Source: an uncultured virus (IMG/VR IMGVR_UViG_3300025840_005100) (Duplodnaviria; Heunggongvirae; Uroviricota; Caudoviricetes). Taken from it: DNA of 20,000 nucleotides. Of this stretch, positions 1 to 9,145 are shown piece by piece. The stretch lies in the IMG/VR virus record IMGVR_UViG_3300025840_005100; one strand, written 5' to 3'. How positions within the stretch are numbered: the stretch's first letter is position 1; each line of letters opens with the position of its first letter. The position numbers and the translations under genes were made by a program. The notes under the pieces are model-generated. The model was not told the DNA's origin. It saw nothing but the letters and a program-made list of their open reading frames with translations, and did no database searches.

Positions 1-76
1 CATTATGGCATCAGAAAGAATCAAATTTCTAATTACAGATATTGAGAATGGTAAATTAGATGCAGGAAATTTATGA
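1..76 (+). CDS. 3' end of an upstream hypothetical protein (...IMASERIKFLITDIENGKLDAGNL*), truncated by the window edge
   Basis: Open frame from the window start to TGA at 74-76; the stop overlaps the next ATG (ATGA coupling). Confidence 0.6.
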   Translation, partial: IMASERIKFLITDIENGKLDAGNL

Positions 77-195
77 ACTACAACGATGGTTATTTAGTAG
101 ATAATTCTTGGAATTGTGGATGTGGTGCACTCAATGCCGCATATAGAGAAACTTGTGGTAAATGTGATAAACCTAAACCTAAAAAAGATGAATAA
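73..195 (+). CDS. 40-aa RanBP2-like zinc-finger peptide (not in ORF track)
   Basis: Manual translation MNYNDGYLVDNSWNCGCGALNAAYRETCGKCDKPKPKKDE; pattern W-x-C-x-C-x3-N-x6-C-x2-C; overlaps both neighbours. Confidence 0.75.
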   Translation: MNYNDGYLVDNSWNCGCGALNAAYRETCGKCDKPKPKKDE

Positions 196-346
196 AAGAT
201 TATTAGAAATTTTAGAAACTCTAAGAGAGGATTTTGAAATGTTACAAGATGGCTCTTGGGATTTAACTTATTCAGATGGTACTGAAATACAGGCATCATT
301 AGATAATATAGATGAAGCAATAGAAATCGTTACAAACAATGAGTAA
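188..346 (+). CDS. Small acidic hypothetical protein (52 aa; start moved from 116 to ATG 188)
   Basis: ATG at 188 overlaps the end of the 73-195 ORF; the 116-187 extension is better explained by the zinc-finger frame. Confidence 0.65.
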   Translation: MNKRLLEILETLREDFEMLQDGSWDLTYSDGTEIQASLDNIDEAIEIVTNNE

Positions 347-467
347 AAAAGAAGATTGGTTAGAAACTTTGGTAAAAAAATATTCCATACCAAAGGATGA
401 TAAGACAGAAAAAAGAGGAATATTAAACGAAACACAATTAAAAAATCTTAAAAATGGGAAGAACTAA
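339..467 (+). CDS. 42-aa hypothetical protein (not in ORF track)
   Basis: MSKKEDWLETLVKKYSIPKDDKTEKRGILNETQLKNLKNGKN; fills the gap and overlaps both neighbours. Confidence 0.55.
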   Translation: MSKKEDWLETLVKKYSIPKDDKTEKRGILNETQLKNLKNGKN

Positions 468-762
468 AGATTTAATTGATGACTTAAATCTAAGTCAAGA
501 AGATATCGAAGCAGATTTGTTTAACAGATATCAAGATGAACTTGAGTATGAAGAGTGGTTACAAACCGAGGGATTTGTAGAGTATGTAAATGGTGAGATT
601 GATAGTCATAGACCAAGATATTCAGAGGCAGACATCATGGGAGCAACTCGATATGCATCTGAACAAATTACCATAAACCCAAGTGAGGTTGGTAAGGAAG
701 TTTATGATATGTTATTTTCAGAAAAAATTGAAGAATATTTAAGTTTACATAGAGATGTTTGA
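454..762 (+). CDS. Acidic hypothetical protein (102 aa)
   Basis: ORF track; D/E-rich; coupled to apt. Confidence 0.75.
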   Translation: MGRTKDLIDDLNLSQEDIEADLFNRYQDELEYEEWLQTEGFVEYVNGEIDSHRPRYSEADIMGATRYASEQITINPSEVGKEVYDMLFSEKIEEYLSLHRDV

Positions 763-1249
763 TTACGAAGAATACATAGAATCGATTCCTGATTTTCCAA
801 AAGAAGGAATCTTATACAGAGATATCCAACCACTATTGGAAGATGATTTTGTATTTAGTAAAGCAATAAACGAATTGGGTTCAATTTATGACCAACCTGC
901 ATATTGGGTAGGTATTGAATCTCGTGGATTTTTACTTGCAGCCGCACTCTCAATGAAATTTGGTGGTGGTATCAAGTTAATTAGAAAAGCTGGTAAATTA
1001 CCAAATAAAAGATTATCCAAAAGAGCATACAATTTAGAATATGGTAAAGGATACTTAGAAATGGATATTGATAGAGAAATAGGTGATTGTGTTATTGTGG
1101 ATGATGTATTCGCTACCGGTGGAACTATGGAAGCAGCAGAAAGATTATGTGAAGATGCAGGATTAGAAGTTATGGGTAAACTTGCACTTATTGATATAGG
1201 AATTGTACAAGACCACGATGTAAATTGTTTAGTAACGTATAATGAGTAA
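755..1249 (+). CDS. apt: Adenine phosphoribosyltransferase
   Basis: IPDFPKEGILYRDI, GIESRGF, IRKAGKLP, YNLEYG and the PRPP-binding loop VIVDDVFATGGT are canonical APRT motifs. Confidence 0.95.
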   Translation: MFDYEEYIESIPDFPKEGILYRDIQPLLEDDFVFSKAINELGSIYDQPAYWVGIESRGFLLAAALSMKFGGGIKLIRKAGKLPNKRLSKRAYNLEYGKGYLEMDIDREIGDCVIVDDVFATGGTMEAAERLCEDAGLEVMGKLALIDIGIVQDHDVNCLVTYNE

Positions 1250-1622
1250 AAAACCTGATAATGTAGTAGATAATCCTGGTTTACTTCCTTATGGTAGTAA
1301 TGTTGGTGCACCTGCAATCAAACAAGAAGATGTATCACTTTGGAAAAATGAAAAGGTAAATAAAACCAATCAGTATTTTCATACAAGATACGAAGAGATA
1401 AAAGAAGAATACAGAAAACTCATAGAAGAGTTTGAATGGAATAAATTAGTTTACGAATCTAAATTTACATTCACACCAATCAAAGGACATACTTATCACT
1501 TATACCAAAAAGAACAAGGTGGTTTGTTTCTTTCTTTGATTGAACCAGAATTATGGAATCAAATCTTTGTTGGTTCTTTTAAGTTAGATTCAAATGATAA
1601 GTGGATTAAAGTAGATGGGTAA
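1242..1622 (+). CDS. DUF2452-like protein
   Basis: LLPYGSNVGAPAIK, FTFTPIKGHTYHLY and FLSLIEP resemble the Bacteroidota DUF2452 family (recalled, not searched). Confidence 0.7.
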   Translation: MSKKPDNVVDNPGLLPYGSNVGAPAIKQEDVSLWKNEKVNKTNQYFHTRYEEIKEEYRKLIEEFEWNKLVYESKFTFTPIKGHTYHLYQKEQGGLFLSLIEPELWNQIFVGSFKLDSNDKWIKVDG

Positions 1623-2181
1623 AATAATATTAGTATCAGCCACACCTTTAGAACATGGTGGGTTGAAGGATATAAATGGTGCGCCAATTTTCCAAGTGGG
1701 AATTGGTAAAACTAATTCTGCAATGAACATGACCGAAATCATTCTCAAGGAGAAACCTGATTTGGTTGTAAACTTTGGTTCTTGTGGTAATCTTAAAAAG
1801 AACAAAGTTGGTGAAGTTATTGAGGTTGGTGAAGTTTACAATAATATAGATGTAAGACCCTTTGCAGAATATGGTTGTACACCAGAAAAAAATATTTGTG
1901 AAATAAAACTTTCAGATAGTGGAATCAAATGTTTTTCCACAGACCAAATCTATGATAATACAAGAGTAGATTATGCTCACAAGTATTTGGAGATGATTCG
2001 AAATTGTGATATTGTAGATATGGAATGTTATTCACTTGCATACGTTTGTAAAAAATACGATGTTGGATTCAAATCTTACAAATGGGTATCAGATGATGGT
2101 AACATAGATACTTGGGAACAGAACGCAGCAATTGGTTTCCAAAACTTTAAAGAACATTTTTTACAGACTTTCTTTGGATAA
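1615..2181 (+). CDS. MTA/SAH nucleosidase-like protein (PNP_UDP_1 family)
   Basis: GIGKTNSA, LVVNFGSCG, STD, VDMECYSLAYVC and KWVSD match nucleosidase/phosphorylase motifs. Confidence 0.85.
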   Translation: MGKIILVSATPLEHGGLKDINGAPIFQVGIGKTNSAMNMTEIILKEKPDLVVNFGSCGNLKKNKVGEVIEVGEVYNNIDVRPFAEYGCTPEKNICEIKLSDSGIKCFSTDQIYDNTRVDYAHKYLEMIRNCDIVDMECYSLAYVCKKYDVGFKSYKWVSDDGNIDTWEQNAAIGFQNFKEHFLQTFFG

Positions 2182-2204
2182 TATTAAAATTTTTAGTATC
2201 TTTG
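2173..2204 (+). promoter_or_regulatory. Bacteroidota-type primary sigma promoter (-33 TTTG / -7 TATCTTTG)
   Basis: TTTG 2173-2176, 20-nt spacer, TATCTTTG 2197-2204, an exact match to the TAnnTTTG consensus; upstream of ATG 2227. Confidence 0.8.
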
Positions 2205-2226
2205 TATAAACTTTAAAACTTAAATT

Positions 2227-2700
2227 ATGGCTTATAATCCTTATAGATGGTTTACCAAAGGAGTTGGTAGAAATAAAAAACTACCATCTAAATCACCATT
2301 ACTCCTTAAAATCAGAAATGGTGACTTTGAATATTCACCTTATTTTTTCGAAGCTCAAAGAGCTCAAGAAGATGCGGACAGAATATACAATAAAGTATAT
2401 GAAGAAAGGTCTAAGTTTTCAAATGATATACCTTCAATAGAATCCGATGCAAGAGAAGCTTCTAAGATGAGAAGAATTGCAAAACAAAAGTTACTAGAAG
2501 CTGGCAATGAAGAAGAAAATAATAGATTACTTGATTTAAAGAAAGAACTATCTGAAGAATTTGGAAAGTGTCTTTGGGATAAGTGTTTAGAAAAACAAAG
2601 AGGAAAAGGTACTACTGAAGATATGTATTGGTGGTATAAGAAACAATGTAATTTAAGTTATACGAAATCCGAATTACAGATAAGAGGAATTAAAGTATGA
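2227..2700 (+). CDS. Hypothetical protein (157 aa) with its own promoter
   Basis: ORF track; promoter and leader AAACTTTAAAACTTAAATT directly upstream. Confidence 0.8.
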   Translation: MAYNPYRWFTKGVGRNKKLPSKSPLLLKIRNGDFEYSPYFFEAQRAQEDADRIYNKVYEERSKFSNDIPSIESDAREASKMRRIAKQKLLEAGNEEENNRLLDLKKELSEEFGKCLWDKCLEKQRGKGTTEDMYWWYKKQCNLSYTKSELQIRGIKV

Positions 2701-3596
2701 AAACCAAATTACATTTTTTTGGAACATCATATACAGAAGGAGGTGGATTCGAATTCCACTCAAATAAAAAACTAGAAAGTATATACGGTGATTTAGGAGA
2801 AGAATTAACAAAATTTAATTTTAGTTTTCCTGGTCAATTATTAAAATTAATTGATAAAAATAAATTTGAAGTATATAATCACGCAAAAAGCGGATTTGGA
2901 AATGATAGACTTTTTAGAGAATTTTATAAAGTATTAGACAATAAAAATTTTAATGTAAGAAATAATATTTTTTTCTTTGAATTTTCTTGGTTAGGTAGGG
3001 AAGATTATTTTGTAAATAAATTAAATGATTATGTAATATGTAATTCTGATTATGATGTAAATGAAAATTTTATGTTTGATGAGAATAACATTACCGTTGA
3101 CTATGATTATTCAACGGATGAACAATATAAAATTTACAAACAAATTTCAAAAACTTTCAGAAACTTTTTTAAGATAACAAAAAATAAATCATCAGAAACA
3201 CAAACTATGTTTGGAAAAATAATGACATTTTTATCATTATTAGAATATCTGAATATTAGATATTATTTTACAGAATCCCCTCTACATTTGATACAGTTAG
3301 AAGAAAAAAGAAATTATAAAATATACCATGAGTTTTTTAGATTAATCAAAAAAGAAATTAACTTTAGCAATGATTATAATTTAAAAATATCATCTTATCA
3401 ATTTATAAACTCGCAAAAACTAACTATTACTGATGAAACGGAAGGATTAATTGAAAATTCTCATTATGGATATATAGGAAATAAACTAATTGCAAAATAT
3501 ATCTACAATAGATTAATAAAAGATGGAATATTTGGTGGTCACAAAAAAGAAATAGACCTTTCCCATAGAAAAATATCAGATTTAAAATATTTATAA
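2697..3596 (+). CDS. SGNH/GDSL hydrolase-like protein
   Basis: Block I FFGTSYTEG, block II NHAKSGFGN, C-terminal SHYGYIGNKLIA (block V-like His). Confidence 0.7.
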   Translation: MKTKLHFFGTSYTEGGGFEFHSNKKLESIYGDLGEELTKFNFSFPGQLLKLIDKNKFEVYNHAKSGFGNDRLFREFYKVLDNKNFNVRNNIFFFEFSWLGREDYFVNKLNDYVICNSDYDVNENFMFDENNITVDYDYSTDEQYKIYKQISKTFRNFFKITKNKSSETQTMFGKIMTFLSLLEYLNIRYYFTESPLHLIQLEEKRNYKIYHEFFRLIKKEINFSNDYNLKISSYQFINSQKLTITDETEGLIENSHYGYIGNKLIAKYIYNRLIKDGIFGGHKKEIDLSHRKISDLKYL

Positions 3597-3600
3597 GAAT

Positions 3601-3780
3601 ATGAATAGAACTTTAGAAATGGTAATGAGAAAACTCTTGGCAGTTATCGATTCAATGAAAAAACCAGAACACATGCTTGCGGTTCGTAGGTACATTGATT
3701 TATATTACCAAATGTATGGCACCCAAAATAAAGGGTTAATAGAAATATATTTTAGAACAAGAAAAGAAAAATTCATTTAG
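3601..3780 (+). CDS. 59-aa hypothetical protein (not in ORF track)
   Basis: MNRTLEMVMRKLLAVIDSMKKPEHMLAVRRYIDLYYQMYGTQNKGLIEIYFRTRKEKFI; fills the gap; TATTTAT just upstream. Confidence 0.7.
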   Translation: MNRTLEMVMRKLLAVIDSMKKPEHMLAVRRYIDLYYQMYGTQNKGLIEIYFRTRKEKFI

Positions 3781-3782
3781 TT

Positions 3783-4052
3783 ATGGAAATAATACAAAAC
3801 CGATATGGTGTAGATAGAGTTTATGAAAAACTTGATTCTACACGAATTCGAGTAATGGGAGAATCTCTTATTGCAAGAGGTTCACAAGATGAAGATGGTA
3901 ACCAAACAATGTTCGATTTTGAAGGAGGACCTTGTTTGAATGTTGGTGGTAAGATAAAATATATGGGTACAGATTTTAAAATCTTATCTATTAAACCAGA
4001 AAACGTTAGAGAAGAAAATGTAGCATCAGTAGTATTGGAGGTAACATTATAG
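3783..4052 (+). CDS. Hypothetical protein (89 aa)
   Basis: ORF track; FDFEGGP motif; likely beta-rich. Confidence 0.75.
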   Translation: MEIIQNRYGVDRVYEKLDSTRIRVMGESLIARGSQDEDGNQTMFDFEGGPCLNVGGKIKYMGTDFKILSIKPENVREENVASVVLEVTL

Positions 4053-4414
4053 TGAAACAAGAACGAGTATTTACTGTCCATATTGGGGAAACTGATATAT
4101 TTGAGTGGACTCAAGGAATTGGTAAAGCTGTTCTCATGCCAATCTTACTCAAAGTTTGTGAAGAAGTAATTTACGATAACTTAGAAGAAAAGACCGCAGC
4201 AAAAATACAATTCTCACTAAAAGGTAAACCAAAGATTTACGATTTCGTGGTTAAGTTTGATGGTATAGAAGATACTCTTGATAAAATAATGGGTTGGGCA
4301 CTTGATGAAGAAGAATATGAAATGTGTCAAACTATAAAATATCTTCAAGATTACACTAATGATTTAAAAGAAACGTTACGAGAAAAAGATGAAAATATTA
4401 GTAATTGGAGATAG
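4052..4414 (+). CDS. Hypothetical protein with C-terminal UVR (UvrB/UvrC)-like motif
   Basis: GTG start overlapping the previous TAG; ALDEEEYEMCQTIK resembles the UVR consensus A-x-x-x-E-x-Y-E-x-A-A-x-I-R-D. Confidence 0.65.
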   Translation: MKQERVFTVHIGETDIFEWTQGIGKAVLMPILLKVCEEVIYDNLEEKTAAKIQFSLKGKPKIYDFVVKFDGIEDTLDKIMGWALDEEEYEMCQTIKYLQDYTNDLKETLREKDENISNWR

Positions 4415-5129
4415 TTGTACAGATGTATTCATCTATGGTAGGTGTGAACGATTAAATCCAGAAGCACCTATACCTGTTTTTGAACCTACCAAAACAGTTA
4501 CCAACCAAGGAATGGCAGGTAACGTTGTTGCAAACTTAAACAAACTTGGTGTACAAAAGGTAGAACTCATTACTAACTACGAACAAATCACTAAAACAAG
4601 ATATGTTGAGTACAAATCCAATCAGATGTTACTCAGAGTTGATTCCAACGATAAAGTTACCAATTCCTTTGATATTAAAAAAGTAGATTTTGATTCATAT
4701 GATGCAGTAATAGTTGCAGATTATGATAAAGGATTTCTCACCAACGATGATATAAAGAAAATTGGTGAAAAATCTAAACTTTCTTTTATTGATACCAAAA
4801 AAACTATTGATTTAGAAAACTTCAAAGGATTTACATTTGTTAAGATGAACGAAGTTGAATGGGAACGTTGTGAAAGATATGGTGCAAAATATGAAGATTG
4901 GAAAGAGAATCTGATTGTAACTATGTCCGAACGAGGATGTATGTTTAATGGAAGAAGATTTGAAGTAGATAATTCAGTTGAAGTTAGAGATTTAAGTGGA
5001 GCAGGTGATACTTGGATGGCATCTTTTTCATTCAAGTATGTGGAAACGAATGATGTAGATGAATCAATTGAACTTGCAAATAAAAACGCAACAATAGTTG
5101 TACAAAAACGAGGTGTTACAACCATATGA
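4389..5129 (+). CDS. rfaE: RfaE/HldE domain I-like heptose-7-phosphate kinase (PfkB family)
   Basis: ILVIGDSCTDVFIYGRCERLNPEAPIPV, GMAGNV, TKTRY, QMLLRVD, ADYDKG and the PfkB anion hole DLSGAGDT. Confidence 0.85.
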   Translation: MKILVIGDSCTDVFIYGRCERLNPEAPIPVFEPTKTVTNQGMAGNVVANLNKLGVQKVELITNYEQITKTRYVEYKSNQMLLRVDSNDKVTNSFDIKKVDFDSYDAVIVADYDKGFLTNDDIKKIGEKSKLSFIDTKKTIDLENFKGFTFVKMNEVEWERCERYGAKYEDWKENLIVTMSERGCMFNGRRFEVDNSVEVRDLSGAGDTWMASFSFKYVETNDVDESIELANKNATIVVQKRGVTTI

Positions 5130-5875
5130 TAAATAAAAAACAAGAATGGGAAGATAATAAAAAACAAGGATTTCCTCGTGCAAAGATAGATAACTTTTTG
5201 GATGAGAAAACTTGTTTAAAGTTATACGAAGAATGTATATCAGCACCCAAAGGTGGATGGACAATCTTTACTCGTGCTGGTTCTCGTATGGAAGAATTCA
5301 ATGATTTAATTCACTGTCCTACTGCACACCAAGTTACCTATGACTTAATGCATAGTGGTGAGATGTTATACGATTTAGAACAAATGACTGGAATCACTGG
5401 CCTATTACCAGACCCACACTTAGTTGGTGCTGGTTTTTCTATTATGAGAAATGGTGCAGAACTTGGACCACACTATGATTTCAATTGGAACGATAGATTA
5501 AGATTACATAGAAAGTTAACTTCAATACTTTATCTTACACCAGATTGGAAAGATGAATGGGGTGGTGAGAACATAACTTGGACTACAAACCCTGAATTAG
5601 ATGATACTGCAGAAATAGTTGAATCAATCTCACCAAAGTTTAACAGATTCATTATATCACAAAACGTAAAACAAGGACCTGTTCATTCAGTTGGTAAAGT
5701 AAATTGTCCTGATAATGTTGAAGGTAGAACTTGTATTAGATTCTTTTATTATATATCCACGAGTGATATTGATAAAGATAATCCACCACATAGAAGTATA
5801 TATAAAACAAATGAATATAATCACCACAAACTTCATGAAGAAGATTGGGATGGAAAATTAGTTGGTGAAATATGA
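5126..5875 (+). CDS. 2OG-Fe(II) oxygenase (prolyl-hydroxylase-like)
   Basis: HxD (LGPHYDFN), RKLTSILYLTPDW..EWGG, PKFNR, distal His (VHSV) and 2OG-binding Arg (GRTC). Confidence 0.85.
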   Translation: MINKKQEWEDNKKQGFPRAKIDNFLDEKTCLKLYEECISAPKGGWTIFTRAGSRMEEFNDLIHCPTAHQVTYDLMHSGEMLYDLEQMTGITGLLPDPHLVGAGFSIMRNGAELGPHYDFNWNDRLRLHRKLTSILYLTPDWKDEWGGENITWTTNPELDDTAEIVESISPKFNRFIISQNVKQGPVHSVGKVNCPDNVEGRTCIRFFYYISTSDIDKDNPPHRSIYKTNEYNHHKLHEEDWDGKLVGEI

Positions 5876-6978
5876 ATAAAGAATCTATACTTATAAATGT
5901 TATAAATAATACTTTAAGAATAGGCTCTCTTCATTGGAAAGGAGTTTCAAATCATATATCTCAGATTTCAAAAAATAAAATATATGATAATGAAAAAAGA
6001 CTATACCATACATTAAGTCATTTAATAGATTTATTTCCTGAAGTGGATGGATATTATATTGACAACTATCATGAAGTTTTCAAATTATTTAAAGAATACG
6101 ATAAAATTAAGTTACTTAAAAAAATATTCGATTCAAAGGGAATAGGTGACAAATTATATTTTTTAGATAATAATTTGAGTTATTGTGATGATAGTTTAAA
6201 TTTAAAAGGAGAGCCATATTTTCTTGGATTAAGTTACTTAAATAATAAAGTAATTGAAAATAGAAAGTTTGATAAAAAATTTCTATTTTTGAATAGATTA
6301 AGAAAAATGCACAGAGCTATTTTATATGAAAATTTTAAGAAAGAAAATGTACTAAATGATTTTATTTATTCATTTGACTCTCATGATGAATCATCTCCAT
6401 GGTACAAACAAATATCAGCAAAATCTAATACTTTTAATGATAATGTATGGGAACATCACACTTATAATGTAATACCCGAGTACACTACAACATTTTGTAA
6501 TATAGTTACTGAAACAAATTTTGGATATGATGTAAGGAATTGGGAGTTTGAGGGTACTCCTGGTTGTATTTTTATAACTGAAAAAACGGAAAAGTGTTTT
6601 GCAGCTGGTCAGCCATTTATAATAGCGTCAAATAATGGATTTTTAAAAAAATTAAAAGAAATAGGATTCAAAACTTTCGATAAATGGTGGGATGAAAGTT
6701 ATGATGATGAATTTGATTCTAAAGAAAGATTGTCTAAAATTAATGACTTAGTTTTAGAAATAAATTCTTGGTCAATGCAAAAATGTGAACAAGTTTACCA
6801 AGAGATGATACCAATTCTTAAACATAACCAAGAATTAAATAACAAATGGTATTTTGTTAATTCAAAGGAAATTAAATACTTTCCTAACTTTAGTGGAGAT
6901 TGGAATCAATATTCGGTAGAAATAAATGGAAACGAATCAACAAAAACAGAAATTTTAGGTAGAAAAATGAATTTCTAA
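5872..6978 (+). CDS. Putative glycosyltransferase (GT10/GT47-like), paralog 1
   Basis: KKFLFLNR..R..HR, FCNIVTET, FITEKTEKCFAAGQPFI, GFKTFDKWWDESYD, EMIPILKHN. Confidence 0.6.
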   Translation: MNKESILINVINNTLRIGSLHWKGVSNHISQISKNKIYDNEKRLYHTLSHLIDLFPEVDGYYIDNYHEVFKLFKEYDKIKLLKKIFDSKGIGDKLYFLDNNLSYCDDSLNLKGEPYFLGLSYLNNKVIENRKFDKKFLFLNRLRKMHRAILYENFKKENVLNDFIYSFDSHDESSPWYKQISAKSNTFNDNVWEHHTYNVIPEYTTTFCNIVTETNFGYDVRNWEFEGTPGCIFITEKTEKCFAAGQPFIIASNNGFLKKLKEIGFKTFDKWWDESYDDEFDSKERLSKINDLVLEINSWSMQKCEQVYQEMIPILKHNQELNNKWYFVNSKEIKYFPNFSGDWNQYSVEINGNESTKTEILGRKMNF

Positions 6979-6981
6979 CAA

Positions 6982-8067
6982 ATGAATATAGAACTTTTAA
7001 ATAACAAAGAAATATTAATCGGAGGGTTTCAGAGGACTGAATGGCAATATCCTTTAGTTGACTTTAGAAATTGCCCATTGTACACAAAATCGGACAAATT
7101 CATAAAATATTTTTATAAAAAAATTATAGATTCTATTTATAAATTTGATTGTGATATCACACTACAAACTTTCCATGAAATATTACCAATATGGAATCAA
7201 AAAACATTAGATAGAGCCGTATTTGTTTCTGATATTTTTAAAGAAGAGGGATTGGGTAATAAATTGTATTTTAAAGATAATTCATTAAATTTTACATTCA
7301 GAGAATCAATCAATCATATTTCATCTCCTTATTTACTTGGATTTAATTCTGACTTTAATTTAGAAATATCTCCAAGATATTTTGAAAAAAAGTTTTTATA
7401 CTTGAATAGAAAAAACAGGACACATAGAGAACTATTTTTTTCTATGATTAAAAATACTAATATTATAAGTAATTCATATTACTCATATAATTCAATATCA
7501 TCTGATTTACCTGAACATAAAAAAATAGAATTTAAAGGAGAGATAGATGATAGTAATATTTGGATTAAAAAAGAACTTACAGAAAAAAATAATTGGGATT
7601 TTTTTGGTTATGGATATGGACTTATAGATGAATATTCAACATCTTTTTGTAATATAGTAACTGAAAGTCAATCAAATACATATTGGAATAGACTCCCTAC
7701 AAATCAAATAATTATAACAGAAAAAACAGAAAAATGTTTTGTAGCAGGACAACCATTCGTTATAGTTGGTAATTTTGAATTTTTATCAACACTTAAAAAA
7801 CTTGGTTTCAAAACATTTGATAAATGGTGGGATGAAAGTTATGATTTAGAGGTAGATGAATTAAAAAGATTTGAAAAAATAAAAAAAGTACTGTTAGATA
7901 TATCCAGTTGGGACTATTCAAAATGTGAATCTGTTTATAAAGAAATGATACCAATTCTTAAACATAACCAAGAACTTAATAATAAATGGAATTTGATAAA
8001 TAGAAAAAGACAACCTAGGTTTCCACGATGTATTTCTACAATAAAAAAAATAGATTTTGAAATATGA
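6982..8067 (+). CDS. Putative glycosyltransferase (GT10/GT47-like), paralog 2
   Basis: KKFLYLNR..R.HR, SFCNIVTES, IITEKTEKCFVAGQPFV, GFKTFDKWWDESYD, EMIPILKHN. Confidence 0.6.
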   Translation: MNIELLNNKEILIGGFQRTEWQYPLVDFRNCPLYTKSDKFIKYFYKKIIDSIYKFDCDITLQTFHEILPIWNQKTLDRAVFVSDIFKEEGLGNKLYFKDNSLNFTFRESINHISSPYLLGFNSDFNLEISPRYFEKKFLYLNRKNRTHRELFFSMIKNTNIISNSYYSYNSISSDLPEHKKIEFKGEIDDSNIWIKKELTEKNNWDFFGYGYGLIDEYSTSFCNIVTESQSNTYWNRLPTNQIIITEKTEKCFVAGQPFVIVGNFEFLSTLKKLGFKTFDKWWDESYDLEVDELKRFEKIKKVLLDISSWDYSKCESVYKEMIPILKHNQELNNKWNLINRKRQPRFPRCISTIKKIDFEI

Positions 8068-8699
8068 ATTACGAAATAAATGACCCATGGGATTGGGTAG
8101 ATATCTTTGAGAACACAGTAAAACAATATGCTGGTTCTAAACACGCAATTGCTTGTGATTCAAACACAAACGCAATCAGATTATTATTTGAGTATCTTAA
8201 AATTAAAAAGAAAGAAATTGAGATTCCATCTAAAACTTATGTATCAGTACCAAATCAAATTATCCTAAGTGGAAACAAACCAAAGTTTGTAGATAAACAT
8301 TGGGATGGTATGTACGAATTGGGTGATACTAATATTGTAGATGCAGCAACTGCATTTCATCAAGGAATGTATAGTGAGTTTGAAGATTCTTACATGGTTC
8401 TTTCTTTTCACGCAAAGAAAATTGTAAACATTGGTAAAGGTGGAATGATTCTAACCAATGATGATAAGTTTGAGAAATGGGCAAGACCAATGATTTACGA
8501 TGGTAGAAATAAAAGAACTCTATACAAAGAAGATGAATTCTCTTGTGTTGGTTGGCATATGTATATGACACCCGAAGATGCAAGGTTAGGTATGATGATA
8601 CTCCATTCAGATAGAGTACAATTAAAAAACAAAACAGTTGGTGGTAGTTGGGCTTACAAAGACCTAACTGAACAGAAAATATATAAGAAGTACAAATGA
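8064..8699 (+). CDS. Short DegT/DnrJ/EryC1/StrS-family PLP-dependent aminotransferase
   Basis: FE..V..YAGSKHAIACDSNTNAI, EIPSKTYVSVPNQI, PKFVD, VDAATA and SFHAKKIVNIGKGGMILTND (PLP-lysine loop). Confidence 0.85.
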   Translation: MNYEINDPWDWVDIFENTVKQYAGSKHAIACDSNTNAIRLLFEYLKIKKKEIEIPSKTYVSVPNQIILSGNKPKFVDKHWDGMYELGDTNIVDAATAFHQGMYSEFEDSYMVLSFHAKKIVNIGKGGMILTNDDKFEKWARPMIYDGRNKRTLYKEDEFSCVGWHMYMTPEDARLGMMILHSDRVQLKNKTVGGSWAYKDLTEQKIYKKYK

Positions 8700-9091
8700 G
8701 AAAATACTTACCAACATTAGGAGAACTAATAGATAGATTATCTATTGTACAATTGAAAGAAGTGAAGATTCCTCAACACAAAGAGGAATATTCTAAAGAA
8801 ATATCAGATATTGTACACGATATCAACGAAATTCTCAAAGAAAAGGATAAAGTAGATGGTGAATTCATAAGAGCAGTAATTGTACTCTCACAAATGAATG
8901 CACATATTTGGTATAATGAAGATAATGCAAGAAGTGGTGATGACCAAGGAAACCAATTGATGTTAACACATGGTTTAAATGGAATCAGAAACACTGCTAA
9001 AAACAAAATCCAAGAATTGGATGGTGGTAGAAAAGATTATAAGGTAGATTGTATCGCTTCAGAATTTAAAGATTGGAAAATAAGTTGGTAA
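8696..9091 (+). CDS. DUF6165-like helical protein
   Basis: N-terminal TLGELIDRLSIVQLK, then N..IW..ED..R and N..R...KNKI, resemble DUF6165 (recalled). Confidence 0.6.
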   Translation: MRKYLPTLGELIDRLSIVQLKEVKIPQHKEEYSKEISDIVHDINEILKEKDKVDGEFIRAVIVLSQMNAHIWYNEDNARSGDDQGNQLMLTHGLNGIRNTAKNKIQELDGGRKDYKVDCIASEFKDWKISW

Positions 9092-9094
9092 AAA

Positions 9095-9126
9095 TTTGTA
9101 TTTTTCATAAATTTTTCGTATATTAA
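9095..9126 (+). promoter_or_regulatory. Bacteroidota-type promoter variant for the lipoprotein gene
   Basis: TTTG 9095-9098, 20-nt spacer, TATATTAA 9119-9126 preceded by TTTTCG as in the other copies. Confidence 0.65.
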
Positions 9127-9145
9127 CGGTATAAAATTTAAAAAT

